The notes: generated from the letters alone by a model not told the origin. Positions 29,995 through 40,806 are shown, counted from the stretch's first letter. The stretch is DNA of 64,000 nt from Candidatus Poribacteria bacterium (GCA_965198235.1 OZ240248.1:2240001-2304000), one strand, 5' to 3'. Program-made: numbers and translations.

Positions 29995-31416
29995 CTATCG
30001 TGTGGTGTAATTGGGCGCGAGCGGACATGTCCGGGAAAGTGCGAGCAGTGCCACTCGTGCCAAGCCATGAATCAGGTACGCTGCTCCCATTTGCGATTCA
30101 TACCAGTCAATCCCGGATGCTCCGTAAGGGAGTGTCTCTGGGAAATAGATGTCCAGCACCATTTCTGATAGTTCAATCCCGCCTTCCAACCACACCGATT
30201 CACCGGTGATGTCGTAGAGATCGGCAAACAACTCAAGGGTAAGACCGGCATCTGATGCCGGAATCTTAAATCCTTCGGTCTGAACGCGATCGACCGGAAA
30301 TTTCTCATCGAGATAGGTATCGCCAATCGCGCGTGCCAACTCCATCAACTTCTCATTCTGGGTCAACCGCCACCCGCCGAGGCATAGCACTCCAGTGCTG
30401 CACGCAGTCCCGGCACCGTAGACACTCCCCCAAGCCGACATACGTTCAGCAACTCGATTCGTTTCACACTCACATAAACTGATGAATTCACGAGTTTCAA
30501 GGTTGTGCGGTGCCGCAAGAAATCCGTCAATGTAAACCAGTGCGTATTGTCGCATCTGGTCTGCCAATTCCGGTAGGAGCGATTCTAACAACGCGCCGGA
30601 TTCAAGTAGACTAATCCCTAACGAGAACGTCTGTGTGGGGGCGTTCATCTCAAAAAACCGTTCTGCTTCCTTCGGTGAGCGGCTTTCAATACGCAAAAGT
30701 CCACGCGCATCCCGTTTCTCCCACCAATAATCGGTATAATTCTGGATCTGTTGATGAATTTCAGAACGTTGATCTTGCGTATACGCGAACGCCAAATCGA
30801 AGATGTAAAAACCTGAATGACGTGGAAAATCGCATGCACGGGCACCGCGATCGAGATGTGCCTTTGTGTCAATGTTCGCATGGCGGATGTATTCAAGTCC
30901 GTCTCCTGCGGTCCAATGATAATCCAACCCGTCGGCGAAACTTTGGATGCAGTCGGGGTTAAATGTATTCAGCTTTTGCCAGAGCCATAGCGGAACTTGG
31001 CGCAGATGGTCGTGGATCGCGGCACCTCCTGCTGGGTTTCGTGAACATCCGACCCGTTCCTCAATGAGCTGCCAAAAGGAGTGTTCGCCCCAAGGGAATA
31101 ACCCCGTTGCCGTATTCGTGCAATTCTGGGCAAAATGCTCCAAGTATCGATCTACGGCTTCAATGTATTCCGGTTTCGATTGGCTCTTGGCGAGTGCATT
31201 CATCGTAGCAAGCAATGGCTCATCGTGAATCAGATTGGAACCGAGATGCGCTCTGTCGCCATCCCGCTGTCCCGGAATCTTGGTCGGTTTCTCCATTAGC
31301 ATATCGCCAGTTTGTGGATGCAAAATTGAGGGAAACAGACCTTTGTACGGTTCGCTACTTTTGATGAGTTGGTCGATAGCATTGCATATTTTCGTTATAA
31401 TTGCTTCTGGGTTCAT
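29995..31416 (-). CDS. Hypothetical alpha/alpha-barrel protein, weakly PL2 pectate-lyase-like
   Basis: 'GSNL..D..L', 'TGLFPWGEH' recall PL2 N-terminal motifs; judged by eye only. Confidence 0.4.
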   Translation of the reverse strand: MNPEAIITKICNAIDQLIKSSEPYKGLFPSILHPQTGDMLMEKPTKIPGQRDGDRAHLGSNLIHDEPLLATMNALAKSQSKPEYIEAVDRYLEHFAQNCTNTATGLFPWGEHSFWQLIEERVGCSRNPAGGAAIHDHLRQVPLWLWQKLNTFNPDCIQSFADGLDYHWTAGDGLEYIRHANIDTKAHLDRGARACDFPRHSGFYIFDLAFAYTQDQRSEIHQQIQNYTDYWWEKRDARGLLRIESRSPKEAERFFEMNAPTQTFSLGISLLESGALLESLLPELADQMRQYALVYIDGFLAAPHNLETREFISLCECETNRVAERMSAWGSVYGAGTACSTGVLCLGGWRLTQNEKLMELARAIGDTYLDEKFPVDRVQTEGFKIPASDAGLTLELFADLYDITGESVWLEGGIELSEMVLDIYFPETLPYGASGIDWYESQMGAAYLIHGLARVALLALSRTCPLAPNYTTR

Positions 31417-31503
31417 GGCAAATGAGATCTCCGCCTCTGCTGAATGAAAAATATGATGTCATAATACATTAAGAAAATCCAAAGGAATTTCTTAGTGAGT
31501 CCC

Positions 31504-32043
31504 TTAATATTGAATACCCTCCCACATCCGTTTCCGATAGTATTCTACTGTTGCTTTGTTCTGAAGTAAATGGTCGCGACTGCGGGTGCGAGCCATTCCT
31601 TTAAGTATTCGTGCTGTCCTACACATTGTAACCTGCTTATCTCCAAAAGGCGCGGAGCCCTTGTAAAATGTAGAAAGTGAGTTTTTTGTTGCATGAGTGG
31701 GTCGCCATAAGAGACCCTCTGCAAAGATCGGAGCTGCCGCTTTAACGAGGATGGCATGTATTTTCTGATTTGCGATCGCGCGTGCTTGCTCAGTTTCCGC
31801 TGCCATCCGCATTTCAACTGCCTTGAGTAGGGCATCAAGGGTACTAACTCGAATCTCGCAATAGTCAAAGCACCCTGCTGCGGGTCTATCCGCTTGATGA
31901 AGTATCTCTCGAATATGTGGAGGCAGGTCCGCGGGTAGGTATTGTAGAGAAACAGGCGTGAATTTATACTGAGCGGCCACTGCTTCCTTAGATACCAACA
32001 ACGATAGCAGCAGCCAACTGGCGATGGTAAGTTTTTGTATCAT
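31504..32043 (-). CDS. Hypothetical secreted protein
   Basis: AAGGA before ATG 32043; signal peptide ending AVA-A. Confidence 0.55.
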   Translation of the reverse strand: MIQKLTIASWLLLSLLVSKEAVAAQYKFTPVSLQYLPADLPPHIREILHQADRPAAGCFDYCEIRVSTLDALLKAVEMRMAAETEQARAIANQKIHAILVKAAAPIFAEGLLWRPTHATKNSLSTFYKGSAPFGDKQVTMCRTARILKGMARTRSRDHLLQNKATVEYYRKRMWEGIQY

Positions 32044-32392
32044 GGTTTTCCTTTTACATGGGTTACGGTTACAACTCGGTGCGCGGGAGTATGGCGTGAA
32101 TCTCGTCTTCCTTGCCGAACTATGTGATATAATCATATCATACTTTACCGAAAAATGTAATTTTTTTCAAAAGGTGAGTTGGGCAGTTAAAACAGTGGAG
32201 GTATTGAAGGGTTCTATCAAAAATTGCTGATTGCCAGATTGATTTCGTTTAAAGGCTTTGAGAGGCTGAAGCTACGGCAGATATAAACTCCATTTTTTTC
32301 TTGCCACCTGCTCCCTTGTCTTGTATAATCATCATGTTTTTCTATGCTTCAGACTGAACCTACGACGAACCATCATTTAACAGGAGAGACTT

Positions 32393-33193
32393 ATGCACGT
32401 TGGACTTATGGCAGGGACGATTCGGCGGGAAACGCTCGGCGAGACGCTGGACGCTATTGTGGAACACGATGTCCACCATTTACAATATCATGTGCCTGCA
32501 GGACTGTCGCTTGCGGAGGTTCGCAAGGAGATGGACGACCGACAGATCACAATCTCGGCACTTGGAGGTACCTACAACATGATTGATCCCGACGTTGAGA
32601 AACGACACGCCGGACTGCGGATGTTGCGTTCTGTTGCAGAGCAGTGTGCTCCGATGGGGACATCGGTGATTACGATCTGTACCGGCTCGCGGGACCCGGA
32701 TAGTATGTGGCGCGCGCATCCTGATAATAATACACCAGAGGCATGGCGCGATCTCGTTGAATCCATGGGGCAGGCACTGGAGGTCGCCGAGGAATACGAG
32801 GTGACGCTCGCACTTGAACCTGAAGTAGCGAACGTAGTCGATTCTGCACAGAAGGCGCGTCGTCTAATTGATGAGATGCAATCGCCCTATCTGAAGGTTT
32901 GTATGGACGGAGCAAATATCTTCCACAAAGGTGAACTGCCGAAAATGCGCGAAATTCTTGATGAGGCGTTCGCACTGCTTGGGGACGATATTGCATTGGC
33001 ACACGCGAAGGACTTGGATCGCGACGGACAGGCGGGACATCTTGCTGCTGGGACGGGGTTGCTGGACTACGATCAGTATCTTGGTCTGCTAAAGGAAAGT
33101 GGCTATGACGGTGGAGTCGTGCTGCACGGGTTGTCGGAAGAACAGGTGCCTTATTGTACGGGGTTTTTGCGGGAGAAAATCGCTGCACTATAG
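32393..33193 (+). CDS. Sugar-phosphate isomerase/epimerase family protein
   Basis: 'LALEPE', 'MDGAN', 'HAKD', 'AGTG.LDY'. Confidence 0.88.
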   Translation: MHVGLMAGTIRRETLGETLDAIVEHDVHHLQYHVPAGLSLAEVRKEMDDRQITISALGGTYNMIDPDVEKRHAGLRMLRSVAEQCAPMGTSVITICTGSRDPDSMWRAHPDNNTPEAWRDLVESMGQALEVAEEYEVTLALEPEVANVVDSAQKARRLIDEMQSPYLKVCMDGANIFHKGELPKMREILDEAFALLGDDIALAHAKDLDRDGQAGHLAAGTGLLDYDQYLGLLKESGYDGGVVLHGLSEEQVPYCTGFLREKIAAL

Positions 33194-33381
33194 GGGCTAT
33201 CAGCCATCAGTAGGCGTTGTCGACGCGGAAATGCCCTCAAAAAGGGACAACCGTCGTCGACGGAAACTGACGGGAACCGACTACCGAGAGTGGAGCGATA
33301 GCGGAACGCCCTCAGACTCTCCCACGCGCTTCAAAAGCTTTGTATCAGTAGGCGTGGGCGAGTCTGCGCCGACTGCCATTA

Positions 33382-35022
33382 TTAGATTTCTCCAGACATC
33401 CGTTCTGCCAACCGAGCGAGTGCCGGTGACGTGTCCAATTTCTCGAGTTCCGCCTCAATCAGGGTAAAGTGTTGCGTCTCAGCAAGTGCCTCTCTGATGG
33501 CTGCGTCAAACTCACCTTCGGTTCGGACGTAGAAGCCGCGTCCTGTGCCGAACAGTGTCGGTATGGCGCTATAGTTCCAACACCCTATGTCGTTAAAAGG
33601 ACCATCAAGAAGGTGTCGCTCCGTGCCGTACCCGTGATTATTTAAAACAAGAACAATCGGATTGAGTCCGTAGCGAGCAACTGTTGAGAGTTCAGTACCT
33701 GTCATTTGGAAGGCACCATCTCCGACGATAACAAGACACCGCGTGTGGGGCATACTCAGCTGCGCACCAACGGATGCTGGCACTGCAAACCCCATTGAGG
33801 TGTAGTAGGCAGGACTGATAAAGTTGGTGTGCTGATGGATCCGCAACTCTGCCGCCCCGAAAAGACTGTCGCCGACGTCGGCGATAACCGTCAGTTCATC
33901 GTTTATGAATTCATTCAGGTGTTGGAACAATCGGCAGGTTGTTAAAGGTTTGTTAGGCTCGACCCTAAACGATTCCGAATCTGGGAGTGCCCATCTCAAA
34001 TTTGGTTTCCGTCTTCTTCGGAGTTTTGGTGAATTGATACCGTCAATAAAATCGTCAAGCATTACCTCTTCGTAATTATGGTAACGGACTGTAATTTTTT
34101 CCGAAGTGGCGTAGATAGAGCGTGCGCGGTCGAGATTTGCGGTGTAAATCCCAAGGTTCACATCCGTCATGAACGCACCGAGGATAATCACACAATCCGA
34201 GTCTTCAACGAACTGTCGGACTTCCTTTCTCCCCATCGCACCTTCATAAATACCCAAGTAGAGCGGATGTGATTCCGGCATCACCGACTTTCCGAGGAGC
34301 GTTGCCACTACTGGAATACGTTTTTCTTCTACGAGTCTAAGGAGTTTGTTTTGATAGCCGAATCTATGGAGTTCTACACCCGCGAGAATGACAGGTCTTT
34401 TACTGTGATTAATGAAATCAAGGGCATCTTCAACGGCGGCATCCAATGTTTCCGGTTCGCTGAGATGTCCACCCGTTGACGGACGTTGGTAAAGCGTGCC
34501 GCGGACATCCACCATATCACGTGGGAGTTCAATGTATCCTGGACGTTTGTAGCGATAGACGGCATCAAGCACCCTGTCGATTTCATTGAAGGCAGTAAAG
34601 GGTTCATCGAGAAGGGCAGTTGCGACGGTGATCTCGTCATAAATTCGTTGCTGTGTGTGGAAATCCCTGACTTTATGGTGAAGGAGTGCATCTTTTCCAT
34701 GTTCTCTGATGCCCGGTGCACCACTAATAACAACAACGGGTGATTTCTCGGCGTAGGCACCCGCGACAGCGTTCACCATCGATAACCCACCGACGCAATA
34801 GGTGACACAAGCGGCACCCATGCCTTTTATCCGGGCGTATGCATCGGTTGCATAGCCTGCTGCGTCTTCACGGGTCATACCGATATGCTGAATTGAACTC
34901 TGCTCGATGAGGTTATAGAACCGCAGCACATAATCGCCGGGAACGCCGAAGATGTGTTCAATGTCGTAGCTCTCTAATTTTCTGAGTAGATATTCGCCGA
35001 TCGTTGGGGGTCTGTTGTACAT
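33382..35022 (-). CDS. ThDP-dependent alpha-keto acid (pyruvate/indolepyruvate) decarboxylase
   Basis: FGVPGDY, LHH, and GDGAFQM...NN ThDP-binding motif. Confidence 0.9.
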   Translation of the reverse strand: MYNRPPTIGEYLLRKLESYDIEHIFGVPGDYVLRFYNLIEQSSIQHIGMTREDAAGYATDAYARIKGMGAACVTYCVGGLSMVNAVAGAYAEKSPVVVISGAPGIREHGKDALLHHKVRDFHTQQRIYDEITVATALLDEPFTAFNEIDRVLDAVYRYKRPGYIELPRDMVDVRGTLYQRPSTGGHLSEPETLDAAVEDALDFINHSKRPVILAGVELHRFGYQNKLLRLVEEKRIPVVATLLGKSVMPESHPLYLGIYEGAMGRKEVRQFVEDSDCVIILGAFMTDVNLGIYTANLDRARSIYATSEKITVRYHNYEEVMLDDFIDGINSPKLRRRRKPNLRWALPDSESFRVEPNKPLTTCRLFQHLNEFINDELTVIADVGDSLFGAAELRIHQHTNFISPAYYTSMGFAVPASVGAQLSMPHTRCLVIVGDGAFQMTGTELSTVARYGLNPIVLVLNNHGYGTERHLLDGPFNDIGCWNYSAIPTLFGTGRGFYVRTEGEFDAAIREALAETQHFTLIEAELEKLDTSPALARLAERMSGEI

Positions 35023-35049
35023 GGGGTTACCTCGCTGTGTGTTTGTCTA

Positions 35050-35340
35050 CTAAAAATTCTGGGTAGTAACAAGGGCAGCATAGGGAACTTGTCGGATATC
35101 TATGTTGAATTTCGGAGGTCTTGGCTTACCATTGGAATTTTTACCTTGATGGTACAAACTGCAACATTGACTCAACGTTTCGTTGTTCAGACAGATAAAG
35201 TAAATCTGCGATAAAACAAACCCCGTCTTACGTACCCTTTGATTTCCCTTTTTTTCCATCTGCTCTTTGCTATATTGGCTTATTTTCCCTTTTAGTTTGT
35301 CATGCTATTTTTTGAAAGTTCTGTCTTCGTCATGATAAAA
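35050..35340 (-). pseudogene. Possible remnant of a type II restriction endonuclease
   Basis: AT-rich frame directly after the MTase stop, with one in-frame TAG (35305-35307) and no N-terminal part; resemblance to REase C-termini is from memory. Confidence 0.3.
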
Positions 35341-36177
35341 TTATGCTTTCTCACTGAATAGATCCCATACAGGTTCTTCTTCTGTTTTCTGAATTAAGTA
35401 TTTCTCCGACTCAAGTCGGTCAAGTGCGAATTCATAATACGCTGGCACAATCTCAAAGCCTATATAATGCCGCCCCTTCATTTTGCTGACGATAGCAACC
35501 TGTCCAGAACCTAAAAATGGATCCAAAACGACATCCCCTTTTTGGCTGGAATAATCGAGGATTTTATCAATGAGTTCAGCCGGCAATTTCGTTGGCGTTT
35601 TGACTGCACCTTGCCAATATTCTCTCTTAATTTCCCAGACATCCTCTTTATCTTTGTAGTGCGCCGATCCACCGTTTTCAGTCTTTGCATTCTTATCAAA
35701 TCGGCGATAGGGATAAAACTTTCGTTTCTTATCGTTTTTGCACAGGAAAAGACAATGGTAGTGGGAGGTTACGTACTTACGCTTGGTAACAACCCCAAAC
35801 TGGTATTTCCAAATTAGGTGATTGACTGTAGTAAGTTGACACTGGTCGATTGCTATCAGAAGGTCTTTTAGATAGTTCCATCCGGAAAAGATGTACATAC
35901 TACCAGAGTCCTTTAGGACTCTCGTTACCCCTGAAAGCCAGTCAAGTGTAAAAGCAAGATAGTCGCTTCCTTCGATTTCGTTGTAACCTTGAAGGACTCG
36001 GTTCCCTTTTCGATTGTAATTGTGACGAGTCGCTTTGAAGTCAATGGCAAACGGCGGATCTGTTACGACGAGGTCGACACATTCCGCTGGCATTTCAGAC
36101 ATCAACTCAATGCAGTCGCCCTGTTTGATAGTATCAATATACTCAGAATCTTTCATTTCCTTCTCTTTTTTCTCCAA
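35341..36177 (-). CDS. Beta-class N4/N6 DNA methyltransferase
   Basis: DPPF, TPTKLP and DPFLGSG motifs. Confidence 0.9.
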   Translation of the reverse strand: MEKKEKEMKDSEYIDTIKQGDCIELMSEMPAECVDLVVTDPPFAIDFKATRHNYNRKGNRVLQGYNEIEGSDYLAFTLDWLSGVTRVLKDSGSMYIFSGWNYLKDLLIAIDQCQLTTVNHLIWKYQFGVVTKRKYVTSHYHCLFLCKNDKKRKFYPYRRFDKNAKTENGGSAHYKDKEDVWEIKREYWQGAVKTPTKLPAELIDKILDYSSQKGDVVLDPFLGSGQVAIVSKMKGRHYIGFEIVPAYYEFALDRLESEKYLIQKTEEEPVWDLFSEKA

Positions 36178-36253
36178 AGTTCGGTGTTCATGTCACGAGA
36201 TATTGCACAGTATAATTCAAGTGTGCCACAGAGGAATCTCACCGAATCCGAAT

Positions 36254-37219
36254 CTACGTTGCCGTTAAGATTTCAAGGAATGCTGTCATATACCCGATAG
36301 CATAGGCACGACCCCGGTGTCCCCAGTCTGTGTCATCAACCACGTGTGGAACATGGTCAGTAATCATGAAGCCTGTAAAGCCAACCTCTTTCAGCGTGCG
36401 CATCACCTCAAACATATCACAATTGCCGTTGTTAACAAAGGATTCGGCAAATTTTGGGACATGTCCTTGGACATCTCGGAAATGGACGTAGAAAATCTTG
36501 TCGCGTTCTCCGAAGTAACGGATCGCGTCCGGGACACCGGGTCCCATTTCGGACCATGAACCGACACAGAAATCGAGCCCATGTATTGGACTATCGGCAA
36601 TTTCCATCCCGCGTTTGAAGCCCTCAAAGTTACGGAACAGGCGCGGCACACCCGCGAGGGATTCCACAGGCGGATCATCTGGGTGGAGCGCGAGTTTAAC
36701 GCCAGCCTCTTCTGCGACAGGCAGGATGGCGTTCATGTAGTACTCATAATTTTCCCATATTTCGTCTTCGGTGTAAACACGATCGTGCGATAATGGAGCG
36801 TCCTTGACCTGTTCCATGTCAAAACTGGTAACAGCAGCACCGCCTCTCCCCGGTGTGGTTCGGGAGGTTCGCCAGACCTCGTTGGGCATCCAGTGGTACC
36901 CGAAAATTTCAACGCCAGCCTTCCCAAGGTTGCGGATCGTCGTTGCCATGTTTTCAATTTGGGCATCTCGTCCGGGCAAACCGAGCATCGCTTTGTCGTA
37001 AAATGAGACAGGCACATTCTCAAGTGCCGCTAACCGTAACCCAGCGTTTTCTACCTCTGTCCGGAGTTGAAGGATGTCCATAAATTCCCAGCGTTCTGTG
37101 CCGGGGAGTTGTGGTGTGTTCAGCAGCACATCTTCGACCCCAAGTTGCTTGATGAATTTCAACCGTTCTTCACTGAGTTCGCTGAACTGACCTAAGCCGA
37201 GACGCATTTTCCGTGCCAT
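36254..37219 (-). CDS. uxuA: Mannonate dehydratase
   Basis: 'ALHPDDPP', 'VHFRDV', 'DHVP', 'AYAIGY'; start at ATG 37219 after GGAG. Confidence 0.85.
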   Translation of the reverse strand: MARKMRLGLGQFSELSEERLKFIKQLGVEDVLLNTPQLPGTERWEFMDILQLRTEVENAGLRLAALENVPVSFYDKAMLGLPGRDAQIENMATTIRNLGKAGVEIFGYHWMPNEVWRTSRTTPGRGGAAVTSFDMEQVKDAPLSHDRVYTEDEIWENYEYYMNAILPVAEEAGVKLALHPDDPPVESLAGVPRLFRNFEGFKRGMEIADSPIHGLDFCVGSWSEMGPGVPDAIRYFGERDKIFYVHFRDVQGHVPKFAESFVNNGNCDMFEVMRTLKEVGFTGFMITDHVPHVVDDTDWGHRGRAYAIGYMTAFLEILTAT

Positions 37220-37238
37220 GATTCTCTCCTTCGCGGGT

Positions 37239-37688
37239 TCAAAATTGTTTGTCGCTATCCAGTAGAATGGTGACGGGACCGTCGTTGATGAGTTGGACAT
37301 CCATCATTGCTTGAAAGGTACCGCCTTGCGTCGGGACGTTTTGCTTTTCTAAAGCAGTGATGAACTGTTCATAAAGCGCGTTCGCGACTTCGGGACGGGC
37401 GGCGTTAATAAAACTGGGTCGTCGTCCTTTACGGCAATCCCCGTAGAGGGTGAATTGCGAGACAACAAGTGCAGCCCCTCCCGTTTCAAGAAGCGAACAA
37501 TTCATTTTACCCTCTGCGTCCTCGAAGATACGCAGGTTGGCGACTTTGTTGGCGATGTATTCTAACGCTGTTGTCGTATCGTCATGAGCAACGCCGAGGA
37601 AAATGAGCACTCCTGCTCCGATTTCTGAAACGAGTTCGCCGTCTACCTTAACACTCGCTGATTTGACGCGTTGAACAACTGCTCGCAT
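37239..37688 (-). CDS. dtd: D-aminoacyl-tRNA deacylase
   Basis: [13 protein letters not shown] and NDGPVT motifs. Confidence 0.97.
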   Translation of the reverse strand: MRAVVQRVKSASVKVDGELVSEIGAGVLIFLGVAHDDTTTALEYIANKVANLRIFEDAEGKMNCSLLETGGAALVVSQFTLYGDCRKGRRPSFINAARPEVANALYEQFITALEKQNVPTQGGTFQAMMDVQLINDGPVTILLDSDKQF

Positions 37689-37712
37689 CCGTAGTTCCTC
37701 CGATTTTCTCTC

Positions 37713-38732
37713 CTAAAAGAGTAAATTCTCGCCCTCAAGCCCTTGTGTATCCTCACCGCCGAATGTTAAGTTAAACTGGAATCCGGGCTGGCTGTTGAAT
37801 CCGAGTTGGAATGCGAGCGTGTTCGATATTTCATAGCGGAATCCGATCCCGATGAGGTTTGTCACGTGGATGCCGGCATACGGGAGTTCGCGCGAGAAGT
37901 CGGCTATCAACCACATGTTGTCTGAGACAGCGATCTCACCGCCTACTTGCCAATTGAGTGTAAAAAAGTCAGTCGTTTTGAGTGCCTTTGATGTCAGGAA
38001 GACTCCGACACCGGCGTGGAGTTTAAAGAGGCTGCCGAATCTCTGTGTGCCGACGAGATAGGTATTGATTCCGAGAAACGGAAACCCATCAGCAGGGCTG
38101 TGGTCGAGAAATTCCTTGTCCGAGTTGAGCCGATCATCGGCGGTGAATCCGAACTGGGCGTCACCACCGACAGAGATACTGGGGAAATTATCATTCCGAT
38201 CCGGTTTGATGTTATACTTGAGTCCAATACTGCCGTCAAATAACGGTTGGTCATAGACACGGCGATTGATGTTTGGATCGTCAGCGGTCTCGGTGGCGGT
38301 ATTGTAGAAATCGTGGACGACTTTTCGCACGCCGCCTGTCGAAAATGTGCCACCGAGCACGAGGTCGAGTTCGTCGCTTAAACCGTAAGCGAATTTGACA
38401 GGGACAAGGAAGGTCTCAATCTGAAACGTTACGCGATGGGATTCCTCAAACCCACCGATGTCGACCTTCTGGCTGAGGTCGGGTAGCAGGTCCACTTTAG
38501 AGTATTGAAATAGTCCGAACGTGGTACTTGAACCTCCCTTACCCACCGGCTCCGCAGTTTGAATAGTGCTGAGATGCGAAATGGGAGGTAATTGCGCCCA
38601 TAGGGGTGTTGCTATGCCCATGAGAAGAAGTAAAGTCGAAATAGTGCGAATGAAGGCTTGCGTGTTGTGCGCTCTCTTTTTCGGGACGTAGCTGGTAAGC
38701 CCGAAATTTGCTTTAGAAAAGTTAGCGTGCAT
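37713..38732 (-). CDS. Putative outer-membrane beta-barrel protein
   Basis: Signal peptide followed by alternating amphipathic beta-strands. Confidence 0.55.
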   Translation of the reverse strand: MHANFSKANFGLTSYVPKKRAHNTQAFIRTISTLLLLMGIATPLWAQLPPISHLSTIQTAEPVGKGGSSTTFGLFQYSKVDLLPDLSQKVDIGGFEESHRVTFQIETFLVPVKFAYGLSDELDLVLGGTFSTGGVRKVVHDFYNTATETADDPNINRRVYDQPLFDGSIGLKYNIKPDRNDNFPSISVGGDAQFGFTADDRLNSDKEFLDHSPADGFPFLGINTYLVGTQRFGSLFKLHAGVGVFLTSKALKTTDFFTLNWQVGGEIAVSDNMWLIADFSRELPYAGIHVTNLIGIGFRYEISNTLAFQLGFNSQPGFQFNLTFGGEDTQGLEGENLLF

Positions 38733-38769
38733 GGATTTATCCTTTGGTATTATATTGTTATTCAGGCAG

Positions 38770-39882
38770 TTACTTTGCCTCCACGAGCGCGCTTTCGTCG
38801 CGTCGTCCGTCAGGTCCAGGTGTGTTGTCAAAAGCGGTTATGTAGTAACGCTTAAACTCGAGTGACTGTCCGACGAGAATCGGGTCTTCACCGGGGATAG
38901 TGAAGGTGCGATCCTTGGGACCGACTGCTGGACGAGGGAGGAGTTTTCCAGCCGCGTCTCTGGTATAGAGTTGGTACCCAGCGAGATCCGGTTCGGTGTT
39001 GGGTATCCATGAGATAACCGCATCGTATTTTGTATTAAAAAGGGAACGCGGTAGGTAACGGACCCGAACGTTTTTTGGAGGCGCGGGCGGTACATTTGGC
39101 ACTGCTGCAGTGATCGTCGTGATTGCCTCTGCGCCGAATTCATCAACGCCAGCGACGCGGTAGACTTTTCGGGTGCCATCGACTTGGAAATTGTGGTCGA
39201 AATAATAGAGTCGATCTCGCTTCGGCTCGGCAATTAACTCGAAACGTAGCGGTTTGTCATCTTCGGTGTCGAGTGCGGCGTAGACGCGGAAGATAGAAAA
39301 ATCGTAAGGAAATTCATAGCCGTCCCAAAAGAGTTTGATGGTGAGGTCGGTCGGATCGCCGAGTGTTACGTTCGGGGCAGGTGGTGGCACGCTTGGAGTC
39401 GCCAAAGCAGTTTTCCAGATGCGGCGTGGGTCTTCACCTTCAGCAGGCGGATTTGCTGGGTCCGGCGTTTCAACACCGTTGACATCAACATAAGTGATGC
39501 GGTATTCGTAGGCGAGAAGTCGCCCAGACGCATCGCGTCGATCGTTTTCAAGATTCTGGGTGTCAATGAATTCGTTTGCGGGGGCATCGACAGATCCGAC
39601 TTGCTGAAATTCCGTGTCTGCGCCACCTGTAGAACGTCTGTAAACATAGTATGCTTTGATACCGTCCTGTCCGGTGTCGTTCCACGTGACCCGCACCTGT
39701 TGATCGCCTGCATAAAGCGTGAGACCGTCAGGAGCGCCGGATGTCCGCAGGTTCTCGGGGTCGAGTGGGTTCGCAAAGTCTTCGTTACTCGTGCAAGCAT
39801 TAAAGAAAACGAACGCAAGCAACATAGGAAGGCTTAGCACAACAATAATCTTACTGGTGGATAGCCTGCCGAATGGACGCAT
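38770..39882 (-). CDS. Fibronectin type III repeat lipoprotein
   Basis: Lipobox FNAC, 'NPLDP', three FnIII-like W...Y..YR...Y.V/I.A.D units. Confidence 0.75.
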   Translation of the reverse strand: MRPFGRLSTSKIIVVLSLPMLLAFVFFNACTSNEDFANPLDPENLRTSGAPDGLTLYAGDQQVRVTWNDTGQDGIKAYYVYRRSTGGADTEFQQVGSVDAPANEFIDTQNLENDRRDASGRLLAYEYRITYVDVNGVETPDPANPPAEGEDPRRIWKTALATPSVPPPAPNVTLGDPTDLTIKLFWDGYEFPYDFSIFRVYAALDTEDDKPLRFELIAEPKRDRLYYFDHNFQVDGTRKVYRVAGVDEFGAEAITTITAAVPNVPPAPPKNVRVRYLPRSLFNTKYDAVISWIPNTEPDLAGYQLYTRDAAGKLLPRPAVGPKDRTFTIPGEDPILVGQSLEFKRYYITAFDNTPGPDGRRDESALVEAK

Positions 39883-40035
39883 AACTTTTCCTCCTTTTTA
39901 ATTTATGGGCTCCTGGGCTGCGCTCCACTACGTTCCGCGCAGGTTTTGGGTTATCCCATACGGATTTTTTAATGCGGCGTTTTTAAGGTGAGATTGTTTT
40001 TAAACGAAAACCTCTTAACTGAAAGTTGATAACTA

Positions 40036-40578
40036 CTAAAAAAAGTGCAGAAGGCTTAGACTCGCGCACCGAGTCTGGAAGTCGTAGTGCGGATGCAACT
40101 GAAACGAAGTCCTTGGAAGTAGCAGACTCGTGTTTTCGGAGAAGCGATTTGTGAAACCGCTAAGGCGTGTTAGTGGGATCTCAATATCAGTTTGCCAGTT
40201 TTCCGCTGAAGATGCTGAATCCTCTACAAGTTCCGGCGTATCAAGCTGACTATAGATTGAGAAAAGCACAGCAAGTCCCACAAATCCAAGACCCACACGG
40301 GACATAATAGTGCTGGCATTCCGCCTGACAAGGAAAGCGTCTTTGTGTGTTTGGATGTCTGTTTGAATTGCAGCGTTGAGATAGGTATCGTAATGGTTCT
40401 GAGCAGAGGCTTTGAAGAAGCTGCTCCCGAACTGGAGACTCATGCCTGAAGCAAAAAGCGCAATTGGTAGAACGCGCGAGCGGCGCGCAGCATCGGCGTG
40501 CTGACTCGTTAAGATGAAAATGAGGACACAACTGAACGCAAATGCCATGTATCTCTGAGTGGTGCTATAACGTTTCAT
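40036..40578 (-). CDS. Hypothetical membrane/secreted protein
   Basis: Signal peptide plus two hydrophobic segments. Confidence 0.55.
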   Translation of the reverse strand: MKRYSTTQRYMAFAFSCVLIFILTSQHADAARRSRVLPIALFASGMSLQFGSSFFKASAQNHYDTYLNAAIQTDIQTHKDAFLVRRNASTIMSRVGLGFVGLAVLFSIYSQLDTPELVEDSASSAENWQTDIEIPLTRLSGFTNRFSENTSLLLPRTSFQLHPHYDFQTRCASLSLLHFF

Positions 40579-40806
40579 GTCAAATTTGTTCCTTTGTTGA
40601 GAAATGCATTTCTATAAAGTTTATCCTATTTTTTCTCGGAAGTCAATGATTTTTGTCATGATATGGAAATCGCGGTTTGAGGGGTGCTCTTACCGGAATG
40701 GTAAGGTCTACAGATTCGCAAATCTGACGATACTTTCACAGTTTTCATAGCAAAACCGAGAAATCTCTTTTTCCAGTTTACGTCAAAATGAAACTGAAGA
40801 ATTCTA

